Source: Spirochaetia bacterium (GTDB taxonomy: Bacteria > Spirochaetota > Spirochaetia > SZUA-6 > Bin103). From it: a DNA stretch of 64,000 bases. The position numbers were made by a program, and so were the translations under genes. The stretch is from NCBI GenBank assembly GCA_965203055.1, contig OZ241863.1, positions 1,824,001-1,888,000 on the forward strand. The letters run 5' to 3'. Under the pieces are notes generated by a model, which did not search any database, was not told the origin of the DNA, and saw nothing but the letters and a program-made list of their open reading frames with translations. Shown piece after piece: positions 28,344 through 38,518 of this stretch. The stretch's first letter is position 1, and every line of letters begins with the position of its first letter.

Positions 28344-29115
28344 TGCTGCCCCCACGGTGCCCCGAAGATGGCGGTGAGCCAGTCGTAGATGTCGTTGTCG
28401 GGACCGGGGCGGAGAAACGCGTTAGCGAGCGCGTCCGCCATCGGCTGGGTCACGCATCCCGCGCCGCACGCCCATTCCCGGTCGGCCACCCACACCACCG
28501 CGGTGATCGTTCCGTCGGTGACCACCGCGCGGGCGGTGGCCGGGATGGAATCGAAGTTGCCGGAGCGGTCGCTGAGGTTCCGGAGCGTCTCGCGGCTGCC
28601 GGGTACCACCGCTCGTTGCGGCCAAGGCGGCGCGCTCGGCAAGCGCGGTGCCGACCGGCGCAACAACCGGCGCGCGGCGTCGTCGAGATCCTTCCTCCAT
28701 GCCGGTTCCGGCGCCGGCTCGCTCGGCGGCCGCGGCTGCGGGCCGAGCGCGGCGGTCCCCACCCGGCTGGCCGCGGCGCCGGTGAGGTCCACGATCTCGA
28801 CCCGCGGGGCCGCGTCCTTGGCGCCGGCGGTGGCGATCACGTACACCTCCGCAGAGCTGCGGCCGCCCAGGCGTAGCGTGTAGAGCGTCCGGTCCAGCGC
28901 CTCGCCGTTCGGGTTGAGGAAGAACACCTGATCCCCGCTGCCGCGCCACGTGAACGAGCGGACGATCGCGTCGCCGGCCGGCTTGCCGGTGACGGCGCCG
29001 TCCGGCTGGAGCGCAGCATCGCAGCCGCTCAGTACCACGGCCGCGGCGGCCAGTACCAGCGCAACGACGATATTCCAGGCGTGGCGCCGGAGCCGCGGGC
29101 GCGCGCTGCGCATTG

Positions 29116-29814
29116 CTACGGGGCCGTCTCCCCGCCGGATGGCGCCGCTGCCGGGGCCGGGGCCGGGTTGCCGTTCGCGGGCGGACTCCAGGGGCCGGTC
29201 AACGCGCCCTCGATGCGAGCCGCGCGCTCGCTCACTGTGTCCACGCGGGCGGTCAGGGAGTCCATGCGGGCGTGCAGTTCGCGGCGCAGCTCCGCCAAGT
29301 CAGCGCGCAAGGCAGTCCCGTTGGCGGCCATGTCGGTTCGCAGGTCGGTCACGTTGGTGGCCAAGTCGGCGCGCAAGGCGGCCACGTTGGCGGCCATGTC
29401 GGTTCGCAGGTCGGTCACGTTGGTGGCCAAGTCGGCTCGCAAGGCGGCCGCGTTGGCGGCTATGTCGGCTCGCAGGTCGGTCACGTTGGTGGCCAAGTCG
29501 GCGCGCAGGTCGGTCACGTCCGCGCGAACGCCTGCCAGGGCGGTCGCGTTGGCGGCCATGCCGGCGCGCAGGTCGGTCACGTCCGCGCGAACGCCTGCCA
29601 GGGCGGTCGCGTTGGCGGCCATGCCGGCGCGCAGGTCGGTCACGTCCGCGCGAAGACCGGCCACGGCGGTCGCGTTGGCATCCACGCGGTTGCTCAGCAA
29701 AGTGATCTCGCGGCGCAGGCCCCTGCCCTGCAGCATCACTACCGGCACCAGCACGGCCAGGATGGCGGCCACGACGCCGGCCGCGGCCAGCAGAACGGTC
29801 AAGGCTTCGCTCAT
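29116..29814 (-). CDS. Membrane-anchored coiled-coil repeat protein (paralog A)
   Basis: N-terminal hydrophobic helix, 21-aa and 22-aa tandem repeats, C-terminal ARIEGALTGPW. GGAGGAG ribosome-binding site. Confidence 0.75.
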   Translation of the reverse strand: MSEALTVLLAAAGVVAAILAVLVPVVMLQGRGLRREITLLSNRVDANATAVAGLRADVTDLRAGMAANATALAGVRADVTDLRAGMAANATALAGVRADVTDLRADLATNVTDLRADIAANAAALRADLATNVTDLRTDMAANVAALRADLATNVTDLRTDMAANGTALRADLAELRRELHARMDSLTARVDTVSERAARIEGALTGPWSPPANGNPAPAPAAAPSGGETAP

Positions 29815-30131
29815 GCGCTCTCCTCCTCCGGCGCGGTGTCAGCCATAGGGCGCCAGTGTAGCACGCCGGTAAAGCGGAAACCACAACGAGTCGTGCGCTC
29901 GCTCGTGCGCTTGCGGGGCAAACGCCTACCCTGCCGCGATCGCCGATCACCGCGGCCGACTGGCATCCTCCTCCGGGGCCGGCGCGCGCCGGAGCCGAAG
30001 GGGGCACGGTGCCGCTGCGTAGGTGGAGATCACCGCCGACTGTGCGCGACAGAAATCTTGTGGTAGCGTGGCCGGTATGAGCGCTGCCGGCGCCGCATCG
30101 CTCAACAATCCCGGACCCCGGAGGTGGCCTG

Positions 30132-31328
30132 ATGGCCTGTACAATCAATCTCGAGTCGCTTCTTGCCGGCTGTGCCGACGACTCATTCGATGCCGGTATA
30201 CGCATCGACACGGAACTGGATCCACTGGCAGGCCCCGGCGGTCCGGTCAAGCCTGCCGTATATGAGGGCGGAAAGTATCAGGAGGATCGCCGCTGGGCAT
30301 CGCCTGAAGATCAGGCACCGACGCCGGTGATCGTAATCGACAACGTTCCATCTCAGGCGAACCGCCTTGAGGAATCCATCCGCCGTCATCGGGAGGCGAT
30401 CCAGGTGCCGGAGCTGGTGCTCGACCTCTCCGACGTGCGCAATCTGCCGGCGCATCTTCCGCGCCGGATTTCCAGTCTGGAGTTCCCGCATCGCAACGCC
30501 GATGCATATCTCCGGGACGCCCAGCGCGACGACGGCACCGACTTCATGAAGAGCGATTTGGGAAAGTCGATCTTCGAGGCCACGGCGCAGACGTGTGGGC
30601 CATTGATGGCGTGGTTTCCGCAGGCACTGCTGTACGGATTCTGGCAGTCACACCTGGGAAATAAGCGACAGAACACCAAGCACGCCCGAGCCTGGGTGTC
30701 GGAGATCATCGGCTGGAAGCCGGCCGCGACCGATACCAGGGTGCTCGGGCTGAAGGGCGACTCACTCAATCTCAACATCGATGATCGCGCCTCTGCCTCC
30801 AAAGATGATCTAACCGACTGGAAACTCCAACAGAACGGCCTCAAGCTTTCCAAGATTGGTCACGGCCAGGTACTTTTCATGGGAGGATCAGAGTCCGAGC
30901 ATCCGCCAGCGCCGGCTTCTGTTTCGTTCGCCCGGTTAACTCAGCGTGCAACGGTCTCGTTTGCTCAACTGCGCAGGATCAGTATCGGGACGGACGCCTC
31001 CAACGAACGGAATGCCGCGGCTCGTGCCCTCCTCGTCGCGCTTGGGCTGCACGCTCATGAGCTTGCCTTTGGTCGCGGATTCGCTTTGCGGTCGGGCGCC
31101 GATCTCAGGCCAAGGGTCACTGCGGTAACGTGGCTAGGCAACGATGGCGATACACCCTGCTCGATGGACGGCAGCAATGACACCGCCGCCTTGCTTGCCG
31201 CCGCCGCCAACCATGCCAAGTCGACCGGAGTACCGCTCGACGGTTGGGGAAAGCCACCGTTGATGCTCAAGCCAAAGGACAATCTGCGGAAGGCCATCCG
31301 GGAGACGTGGCCTGATCTCTCGGACTGA
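30132..31328 (+). CDS. csb1: Type I-G Cas7 (Csb1)
   Basis: VKPAVY, IDNVPSQANRLE, PHRNADA, ALLYGFW, HGQV and LRSGADL motifs. First gene of the cas operon. Confidence 0.9.
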   Translation: MACTINLESLLAGCADDSFDAGIRIDTELDPLAGPGGPVKPAVYEGGKYQEDRRWASPEDQAPTPVIVIDNVPSQANRLEESIRRHREAIQVPELVLDLSDVRNLPAHLPRRISSLEFPHRNADAYLRDAQRDDGTDFMKSDLGKSIFEATAQTCGPLMAWFPQALLYGFWQSHLGNKRQNTKHARAWVSEIIGWKPAATDTRVLGLKGDSLNLNIDDRASASKDDLTDWKLQQNGLKLSKIGHGQVLFMGGSESEHPPAPASVSFARLTQRATVSFAQLRRISIGTDASNERNAAARALLVALGLHAHELAFGRGFALRSGADLRPRVTAVTWLGNDGDTPCSMDGSNDTAALLAAAANHAKSTGVPLDGWGKPPLMLKPKDNLRKAIRETWPDLSD

Positions 31329-32731
31329 TGCTGGCGATTTCCGTCGAATTATTGCACGGGACATTCCGTGCCGACCCCGATGGCACGGCCGGCACAGGCG
31401 GCCTGACCCGTGCGGAGTGGCCTCCCGGACCGTCCCGTCTCCTGGCGGCGATGGTCGCGGCGGACGGCACCCGCGACAGATGCAGGGTGACGGACGGCTC
31501 CGAACTGGAGTGGTTCGAGCAGCTTCCGGCACCCGTCATCCACGCTCACGGCACGCCATGGCATCAGCCGCTACAACCTCGCTACGTCGTGCTCCACAAA
31601 GGGAGCGCGGAAAAACAAACGCATCAGGAATACGTGGGGCGCAAAGTAGCGGAGATACGCCCGGGGGTTCGGGTTACGCCTCGCTATCCTCACGTGGTCT
31701 ACTCCTGGGACACGGAAACCCCACCCAACATAGTCGACGCCCTCCGCCGCCGCGCCGCCCGTATCGGCTACCTGGGAGCTGCCGACTCCCCGGTACGCGT
31801 GCGGGTTGGCACTCGAATGCCAAGTCATCCCGCAACCGGAGAAGCGTTTCGTCCCGACCCTGACGGGGACATGAGGATCAGCATACCTGCGACGGGCGAC
31901 GTCCGTATCCTGGACGCGATGTACGAACAGTGGGTCGAACGCGGAGCCAACGTTGCTCGCGCCCAGTTTCCAGCCCTTCGCCATCAGGCATCGTACCGTT
32001 CTCCGACGGCTGCCGCTCCCGACGATACCGCCGGGACGGTAGCAGCATGGCTTCGTTTGGGCACGGCGGTTTCGGGCCGCCGCATTACCGCGGTCACCGC
32101 GTTATTCAAGGAAGCAGTCCTCGTCCGGCACCAGCAACTCCACGGCGAACCGCCGGCCGTCCTTCACGGGCACGGGTTCACACAGACCGGCTACGAGATC
32201 GCCCGGTTCCTGGCCCTGCCCGACGTCGGCTATCGGCGATCGCGCGGAAGGATTCACGGGTTGGCCTTATGGATGCCGCCTGGATGCGACATCGCATTGC
32301 GCAACCGTGTTCGCGAGGCCGCGTTTGCGGTGCGGCGATTGGCCGGCCGCGGCGTGAACGTGTCCGTTCAACCGCGAGACGACGAGGAAGGGCCTGTCGC
32401 CGCGACTCCAGCCCGTTGGACCCGGTCGTCACGTTGCTGGGCGACGGCATTTCCAGCGATCCACGAACGCCGCGCGTCTCTTGACCTGGCGGAGGTGGCG
32501 CGGTGGTGCGAACACGCCGGTCTGCCGGCCCCGGTCAGATTTCGATCGGCACGCTCGCCGTTGGTCCGAGGCGCGGTTGATCTCGCTCCCGGGGAAGTGA
32601 ACCGTCCCGGAAGACCCGGGCTGCCATATTCACACGTCCAACTCTGGTTCGAGGAGTGCGTCGCCGGGCCGGTGGTAATCGGCTCTGGCCGACAGCGCGG
32701 CTTCGGACTTTGCGTACCGGTGGACGGATAG
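31328..32731 (+). CDS. csb2: Type I-G Cas5/Cas6 fusion (Csb2)
   Basis: EWPPGPSRLLAAM, YLGAADS and C-terminal GPVVIGSGRQRGFGL motifs. Confidence 0.9.
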   Translation: MLAISVELLHGTFRADPDGTAGTGGLTRAEWPPGPSRLLAAMVAADGTRDRCRVTDGSELEWFEQLPAPVIHAHGTPWHQPLQPRYVVLHKGSAEKQTHQEYVGRKVAEIRPGVRVTPRYPHVVYSWDTETPPNIVDALRRRAARIGYLGAADSPVRVRVGTRMPSHPATGEAFRPDPDGDMRISIPATGDVRILDAMYEQWVERGANVARAQFPALRHQASYRSPTAAAPDDTAGTVAAWLRLGTAVSGRRITAVTALFKEAVLVRHQQLHGEPPAVLHGHGFTQTGYEIARFLALPDVGYRRSRGRIHGLALWMPPGCDIALRNRVREAAFAVRRLAGRGVNVSVQPRDDEEGPVAATPARWTRSSRCWATAFPAIHERRASLDLAEVARWCEHAGLPAPVRFRSARSPLVRGAVDLAPGEVNRPGRPGLPYSHVQLWFEECVAGPVVIGSGRQRGFGLCVPVDG

Positions 32732-32733
32732 GG

Positions 32734-35493
32734 ATGATCGAGACTCCGCCGTTTGCTGAATTCTATCGGGCGATCAACGGCCGGGACCCGTTTCCGTGGC
32801 AATCGCGGCTGGCCAGACAGGTAGCCAAGACCGAAGAATGGCCGCAGGAAGTAGGTATACCGACAGGTCTGGGAAAGACCGCCTGTCTGGAAATCGCCAT
32901 CTGGTGGCTGGCATCGCAGGCCGATCGCCATCCTGCCGACCGGACCGCTCCCACCCGGATCTGGTGGCTCGTCAACCGGCGCCTGCTGGTCGACTCGACG
33001 GCCAGACATGCCGAAACGATCGGCGAGGCTCTCAGCGACCGGCATGCAGCCGATGTTGTCGCTGCGATCGCCGATCGGCTGCGCTCCCTGTCCGCGGACC
33101 CGACCTCCGTACCGCTTGAAGTCATCCGGCTGCGGGGTGGGATCCCCGCGCGTAGTCCAACGGACCCGTCACGGCCGACGGTGGTACTGTCCACGCTCCC
33201 CATGTACGGCTCTCGGCTGCTGTTTCGAGGCTACGGCGCTACCAAATCGACGCGGCCGATCGAAGCTGCCATGGCGGGGACCGACAGCCTGGTCATTCTG
33301 GACGAGGCCCATCTCGCCCCCCATTTGGCCAACCTGCTGCCGGCGCTGTCGGATTGCACTCCGGACGCGCGGCCGGTCCTCAACCCGACTCGTTCACGCC
33401 CCTCGATGGTGGCGCTGACCGCAACTGGCGATGCCGCCGGAGGAGACCGGTTCGATCTCGATGCCGACGACGAAGCGCACCCCATCGTGCGGCTCCGGCT
33501 CGACGCAGTGAAGTCGATGGAGGTGCGAGTACAGTCGGGCGATGGCGCGCAACGGCTTGCCCAGGCGACGCGGTCACTGATCGAAGAAGCGGCCGATCCG
33601 GCGGCATGCGTCGTGTTCGTCAACACTCCTGCAACCGCTCGGTCAGTCTTTGGCCGGCTGCGAGAAATGATCGACGACGAGACGGCCGAAATTCTGCTCT
33701 TGACGGGTCGCGCACGGGAACGGGAAGCGGAACGGACGCGGCAGCTGATTCTCGATCCCGTTACCGGTATTGCAGCGACCCGCGATCCGACGGCCGGCCG
33801 CCAGCGACACTTTATCGTAGTGGCGACGCAGACCCTCGAAGTCGGCGCCGACATCGACGCCGACTTCCTCGTAACGGAGGCGTGCGGTGTCCGGGCGCTG
33901 ACGCAGCGCCTCGGTCGTTTGAATCGACTGGGCCGCTATCGGCATGCTCGCGCCATCTACGTGCATCTGCCGCCGCCCAAGAACAAGGGCAGGAAGACCC
34001 GACAGCGCGAAGAATGGCCGGTGTACGGATGCGAACCGGCGTCGGTGCTGCGCAGACTCCAGGCTGCGCTCGACAGCGGTACCGGCGCCGTGGATCTGTC
34101 GCCGCGGCGGGTAGCCGGGATCCTGGGAGAGCCGGGCGACGATCCCGGCCGAGCGCCGGAGATACTGAGCGGTCTTCTGTGGGAGTGGGTAAAGACGACC
34201 ACTCCTGCGGATGGCCATGCACCGGTCGAACCCTACTTTTCCGGTATCGCCGCGCCTGATTATGCGGTCTCCGTCATCTGGCGAGCCTGCCTTCCCAAGG
34301 ACGGTCAGCTGCTGTGGCCGCGCGCCATCGATCGGGAATCGATCGACGTGCCTCTCAGCGAGGCGCGGGACGTGTTCGGCGATGACGATGATTTGCAGCG
34401 TCTGGAAGCCGACGGCGTTTCAATCGCGACGATCTCCAAGGACGAAAAAATTCGTCCCGGTGACGTGATCGTGTTGCCAACGGACCGCGGCTTGTTGGAT
34501 CGGTTCGGGTGGGCTCCGGAGTCTTCTGCTCCCGTGGTCGATATGTCGATTGCGGAATACGGCGTGCCGCTGGATTGCGACGCGCTTCGGAGGCTATGCG
34601 GCGCTTCCATGAACGATCTGGTCGATAGAGCGCTGGGCCGGGTGGCGGACGATGAGGACCTCGACGAGGATGATCGTGCGGAAGCGATCGCGCATATCCT
34701 GGGTGCCCTGGGCAGTGTGACGCCACCGGGATGGGAGAAGGTCGAATGGGACGGTCTCATGGACGCGTTAGACGGGCGGATCTCCGTAGGTTGGAACGAG
34801 GTCGCTCGCCTGATCAGGAAGGACGCGGCCAGCGAACCGCTCAGCGACGAACTTGACAAAATGTGCCGCGCGGAGACTGCGATCGAACTGGAGAGTCACG
34901 GCCGAGCCGTAGCCGCTCGGGCGCACTCGATCGCGGAGCGGCTCGGTATTTCGGCCGATCTGGCGGCCATAGTCGAACGGGCCGGCCGGTTTCATGACCT
35001 GGGCAAGGCGGACCGGCGCTTCCAGCGGTGGCTCGATCCCGACGAGCAGCATCCAGTCCTGGTAGCCAAATCCGGAATCCCGCGCAGTCGCTGGAACGCC
35101 GCGCAGATCGTAGCGGGGTGGCCGCGAGGCGGGCGTCACGAGGAGCTGTCGGCGCGCCTGGTGCGGCGCTGGCTGAACAGACAACCCGGTCGATTCGAGC
35201 CGCCGTTGGCGGAGTTGCTCGTCCATCTCATCATAAGCCATCACGGTAACGGTCGCCCGCTACTGCTCCCGGCGGATGACCAAGCGGCGGAGCAGGTGTC
35301 CTCGAAAATCGATGGGGATCTCGTCGAAGTATCGGCCGATCTTTCGAAAATCGACTGGAATCAGCCAACTCGATTCCGCAATCTCAATAGTCTGTTCGGG
35401 CCGTGGGGACTGGCTCTGCTGGAGGCGATCGTGCGCCGGGCCGACCACACGGTCTCGGCTGGAGCGCAGGTACGGGAGATGGAGATCCGCTGA
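32734..35493 (+). CDS. cas3: Type I-G Cas3 (SF2 helicase with C-terminal HD nuclease)
   Basis: PFPWQ, PTGLGKT, DEAH, TQTLEVGADID and QRLGRLNR motifs. C-terminal HDLGK, RHE, HHG and RADH. Confidence 0.93.
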   Translation: MIETPPFAEFYRAINGRDPFPWQSRLARQVAKTEEWPQEVGIPTGLGKTACLEIAIWWLASQADRHPADRTAPTRIWWLVNRRLLVDSTARHAETIGEALSDRHAADVVAAIADRLRSLSADPTSVPLEVIRLRGGIPARSPTDPSRPTVVLSTLPMYGSRLLFRGYGATKSTRPIEAAMAGTDSLVILDEAHLAPHLANLLPALSDCTPDARPVLNPTRSRPSMVALTATGDAAGGDRFDLDADDEAHPIVRLRLDAVKSMEVRVQSGDGAQRLAQATRSLIEEAADPAACVVFVNTPATARSVFGRLREMIDDETAEILLLTGRAREREAERTRQLILDPVTGIAATRDPTAGRQRHFIVVATQTLEVGADIDADFLVTEACGVRALTQRLGRLNRLGRYRHARAIYVHLPPPKNKGRKTRQREEWPVYGCEPASVLRRLQAALDSGTGAVDLSPRRVAGILGEPGDDPGRAPEILSGLLWEWVKTTTPADGHAPVEPYFSGIAAPDYAVSVIWRACLPKDGQLLWPRAIDRESIDVPLSEARDVFGDDDDLQRLEADGVSIATISKDEKIRPGDVIVLPTDRGLLDRFGWAPESSAPVVDMSIAEYGVPLDCDALRRLCGASMNDLVDRALGRVADDEDLDEDDRAEAIAHILGALGSVTPPGWEKVEWDGLMDALDGRISVGWNEVARLIRKDAASEPLSDELDKMCRAETAIELESHGRAVAARAHSIAERLGISADLAAIVERAGRFHDLGKADRRFQRWLDPDEQHPVLVAKSGIPRSRWNAAQIVAGWPRGGRHEELSARLVRRWLNRQPGRFEPPLAELLVHLIISHHGNGRPLLLPADDQAAEQVSSKIDGDLVEVSADLSKIDWNQPTRFRNLNSLFGPWGLALLEAIVRRADHTVSAGAQVREMEIR

Positions 35494-36392
35494 TGGGGGA
35501 AGTGATCTGTCCGGGATTGCCGGCGTCCTGGCTCAACGCTTGGTTGGCTGCTGTCGGAGCCACGGTGCTGGACTCCCGGCTTCGTCTTCGCTGGACGACA
35601 GAGGACACGCCGGCCGCCGTCCTCTCCGCCGAGAAGATCGATCCTGTGGCGGCCTTGGCTGATTCATGGCCGGACAAGGACGAACTGGCGGACATGCCGA
35701 TTTGCCGACAGAGGGAAGGTACCCGTTCACTGCCGAGAAAGGTATCCGTGGACACGTTCGTCGCCCGAGCGCAGGAGACTCGAGGACACGCCTACTCTTG
35801 GACGTTGTCATCGACGATGACGGACCTTGATGTAGACAATAACGGCGAAGTCGCCCATGCGCCGTTTGATCCACCAGTTCCCAAGGGACTTACTCTACAT
35901 GATCGACTGTTGGCGATTCAGAAACGCTTGAGAGATAGACCAATTATGCAGTGCTTGGCGGACTCGTTCATGGGTCGCGCAGAGCGAGTCGAGGGCAACG
36001 GACTAGGATTCGACCTCTACCGGATTGGGTCTCTGGCAGATGACGCTGAGAAGTGGATCGATCCGGTGGTCGAGATACTCGCGTTTTTCGGCCTTGCTCT
36101 ATTGCCGATGCGCGGCGAAGGGACAGACCGGAGTACCGGCAATACGTCACACTCTACTGCGATCCAGCGAGGCTGGCGCAGGATACGGGGCCGCAGTAGT
36201 GAACGCGTGTTCATGTGGCCAGTGTGGACGGACGCCCTTGACCATGCGGGCGTAGACGCACTCCTCGACGTCTGGAAGCCCGACAAGCGTTTCTGGCCGC
36301 GGATCGGCGTACATGCCGCTTGGCAGAGCGTCCGCTTCCTGCCGAGAGCTACCGCGGACACGACGCGAGCGTTCGGAGCCGAGCGCCTGTGA
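35493..36392 (+). CDS. Probable short type I-G large subunit (Cas8g/Csb3-like)
   Basis: Lies between cas3 and cas4. N-terminal GLPASWLNAWLAAVG and internal DPVVEILAFFGLALLP resemble Cas8g-type segments. Only 299 aa. Confidence 0.6.
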   Translation: MGEVICPGLPASWLNAWLAAVGATVLDSRLRLRWTTEDTPAAVLSAEKIDPVAALADSWPDKDELADMPICRQREGTRSLPRKVSVDTFVARAQETRGHAYSWTLSSTMTDLDVDNNGEVAHAPFDPPVPKGLTLHDRLLAIQKRLRDRPIMQCLADSFMGRAERVEGNGLGFDLYRIGSLADDAEKWIDPVVEILAFFGLALLPMRGEGTDRSTGNTSHSTAIQRGWRRIRGRSSERVFMWPVWTDALDHAGVDALLDVWKPDKRFWPRIGVHAAWQSVRFLPRATADTTRAFGAERL

Positions 36393-36395
36393 ACG

Positions 36396-37016
36396 ATGAC
36401 CGATGATGATCCGGTCGTCGCGATTTCGGCGATTGAGCACTTCGTCTATTGCCCCCGGCAGTGTGCGCTGATCCACTGCGACGGCGTGTGGTCCGATAAC
36501 GCCCATACCGTCAGGGGTACACGAGACCACCGTCGTGTCGACAGCGGTACCCATCGCCATGAACGCGGTCGGATGGTGCTGCGAGCGATTCCGCTCTGGT
36601 CGGAGACGCTCGGGCTGTCCGGTCGTGCGGATGCGGTTGAGATCGAGACAGGAGTCGTTCGACCCGTCGAATACAAATCCGGTACGCGCCATGGGGCCGC
36701 CGCTGACCTTCAGCTCTGTGCTCAGGCACTGTGCCTCGAAGAGATGCTCGACGTCGAGATCCCCAATGGATGCATATGGTATGGCGGACCGCGGCGCCGA
36801 GTGCGAGTGGATTTCACACCGACGCTGCGCCGTGAAGTTCACGAGATCGTTCTCGAAATCCGCGCTCAACTATTGACGGCGGTCCTGCCGGACGCTCCCA
36901 ACGATCGACGCTGCGCGGAGTGCCAGCTACTGCATCATTGTTTGCCTCAAGTCGCCAGCAATCCGCAGAGGGTGACCCGCTACATGCAGGACGTCGTATG
37001 CCAGTGCGCTATCTGA
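36396..37016 (+). CDS. cas4: Cas4
   Basis: HFVYCPRQ, GRAD, VEYK, QLCAQALCLEE and C-terminal CxxC...C motifs. Confidence 0.93.
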   Translation: MTDDDPVVAISAIEHFVYCPRQCALIHCDGVWSDNAHTVRGTRDHRRVDSGTHRHERGRMVLRAIPLWSETLGLSGRADAVEIETGVVRPVEYKSGTRHGAAADLQLCAQALCLEEMLDVEIPNGCIWYGGPRRRVRVDFTPTLRREVHEIVLEIRAQLLTAVLPDAPNDRRCAECQLLHHCLPQVASNPQRVTRYMQDVVCQCAI

Positions 37017-38020
37017 GCACGGTATACGTTCGTGATCATCGCGCCCGAGTAACGCATCGTCGCGGCTCGCTGCTGGTGACCTCTCCTGACGGAAGCCAGA
37101 GAGTCCCGCTGGAAGCGATCGAAGCGGTCATCATGCTGGGCAGCGGCCAGATCACGACCCAGGCGCTGGAGGCGTGTGTCCGACGCGGCGTTCGCGTCAC
37201 CGCGTTGAAGATGAGCGGAGCGGTGCGGTTCGTAGTCGGCGACTCGACCGGTGGAAACGTACACCTGCGAACCGCCTTATACCGGGCCGTCTCCGACACC
37301 GATCATTCGTTGGAGCTGTCCAAGGCTATCGTAGCGGCGAAGCTTCAGAACAGCAGAAAGGTGGTAGACCGGTGGGCACGGGATGAGAAGGAGCCAGCTC
37401 AATCCTGCCTTCTCGCCGAGCGGGCCGGACAGATCACGGACCGCATTTCTCGGCTGCCCGGTGCTCACACAGCCGACCATGTTCGAGGAGTCGAAGGTGA
37501 CGCTGCCAGAGCCTACTTCGGTGCGGTCGGTCGGGCGCTTTCGAAGAGCGATCTCCGGTTCTCGGTGCGCAACAAGCGACCGCCGCGTGATCCCGTCAAC
37601 GCCATGCTCGGATTCTGCTACGGGTTGTTGGTGACGGAGTTCATCGGTGCCCTGGAAAGTGTCGGTCTGGATTACCAGATGGGGTTCTTTCATCGCCCGC
37701 GTTCCGGTCGGCCGTCGCTGGCCCTGGATCTTACGGAAGAACTGCGGCCGCTGACGGATCGGTTCGTGGTGTCTCTGGTTCGCCGCCGGCAGGTAGGGAG
37801 GAACAGTTTCGTGAGGATGCCCGGGGGTGCTGTCTACCTGAGCGATGAGGGAAGAACGAGCCTGATCAAGGCATGGGAAGCTCACAAGGAAGTAGAGACT
37901 CATCATGCCCTTTCCGATCGACGGATAGGCCGGTGGGCGCTTCCGTCAGTCCAGGCAACTCTGCTCGCGCGTCATCTGCGAGGCGATCTCCCTGCGTATC
38001 CACCGTTTGTGATGGCCTGA
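36998..38020 (+). CDS. cas1: Cas1
   Basis: RGVEGDAARAYF, RPPRDPVNAMLGFCY, GFFH and LALDLTEELR motifs. Confidence 0.95.
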   Translation: MPVRYLSTVYVRDHRARVTHRRGSLLVTSPDGSQRVPLEAIEAVIMLGSGQITTQALEACVRRGVRVTALKMSGAVRFVVGDSTGGNVHLRTALYRAVSDTDHSLELSKAIVAAKLQNSRKVVDRWARDEKEPAQSCLLAERAGQITDRISRLPGAHTADHVRGVEGDAARAYFGAVGRALSKSDLRFSVRNKRPPRDPVNAMLGFCYGLLVTEFIGALESVGLDYQMGFFHRPRSGRPSLALDLTEELRPLTDRFVVSLVRRRQVGRNSFVRMPGGAVYLSDEGRTSLIKAWEAHKEVETHHALSDRRIGRWALPSVQATLLARHLRGDLPAYPPFVMA

Positions 38021-38024
38021 CATT

Positions 38025-38315
38025 GTGGACATCGTCGTAGCATACGACATCGCCGACACCGACGGAGTCGGGGCGTCAAGGCTCAGACGAATCGCCCAGA
38101 TATGTGAGAGATATGGTCAACGGGTGCAGTTCTCAGTGTTCGAGTTTCGGTTATCTCCCGAGCGCATGGCTCGGATGCTCGGCGAGATCCAGGATGTGAT
38201 CGATCGTGATCGCGACTCCGTGCTCGTGTACCGCTTCCCCGGTCGCCTAGAGGACGCCAGAGTCCGATACGGGCGGCATGGAGTTCACGAACTCGGGCAG
38301 CCGTGGGTACTCTGA
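38025..38315 (+). CDS. cas2: Cas2
   Basis: VVAYDI, RLRRIA and YGQRVQFSVFE motifs. Confidence 0.95.
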   Translation: MDIVVAYDIADTDGVGASRLRRIAQICERYGQRVQFSVFEFRLSPERMARMLGEIQDVIDRDRDSVLVYRFPGRLEDARVRYGRHGVHELGQPWVL

Positions 38316-38518
38316 TAACCGTGCGAACCCTCGGTGATCCGGCGGAGCGCGGGTGCCAAGTGCCAGGATCAGGCGATTTCCGAAGAAACGCGTCGGGTTT
38401 GTTGCGGCGGACGATCTTCAATCACGGTGATTAACAGAAATCCCGCCAATGATCGATGGGCCGTGTTCATGGAACGCTCATGTTTTGCCGCAGGATCGGG
38501 CATTCTGCCCGATTAGCA
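38316..38518 (+). promoter_or_regulatory. CRISPR leader
   Basis: Non-coding, relatively AT-richer stretch between cas2 and the first repeat. The degenerate repeats lie at the opposite end of the array. Confidence 0.75.

Larger units (their letters stand above)
25949..29113 (-). pseudogene. Peptidase M30-like zinc metalloprotease lipoprotein, split by IS256
   Basis: N-part 28344-29113 (VLSGC lipobox ... IFGAPWGQ) rejoins in frame with C-part 25949-26939 (GQHRHRN...LAHEFQHMI...WLNEMASE) once the IS and one TSD are removed. Confidence 0.85.
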
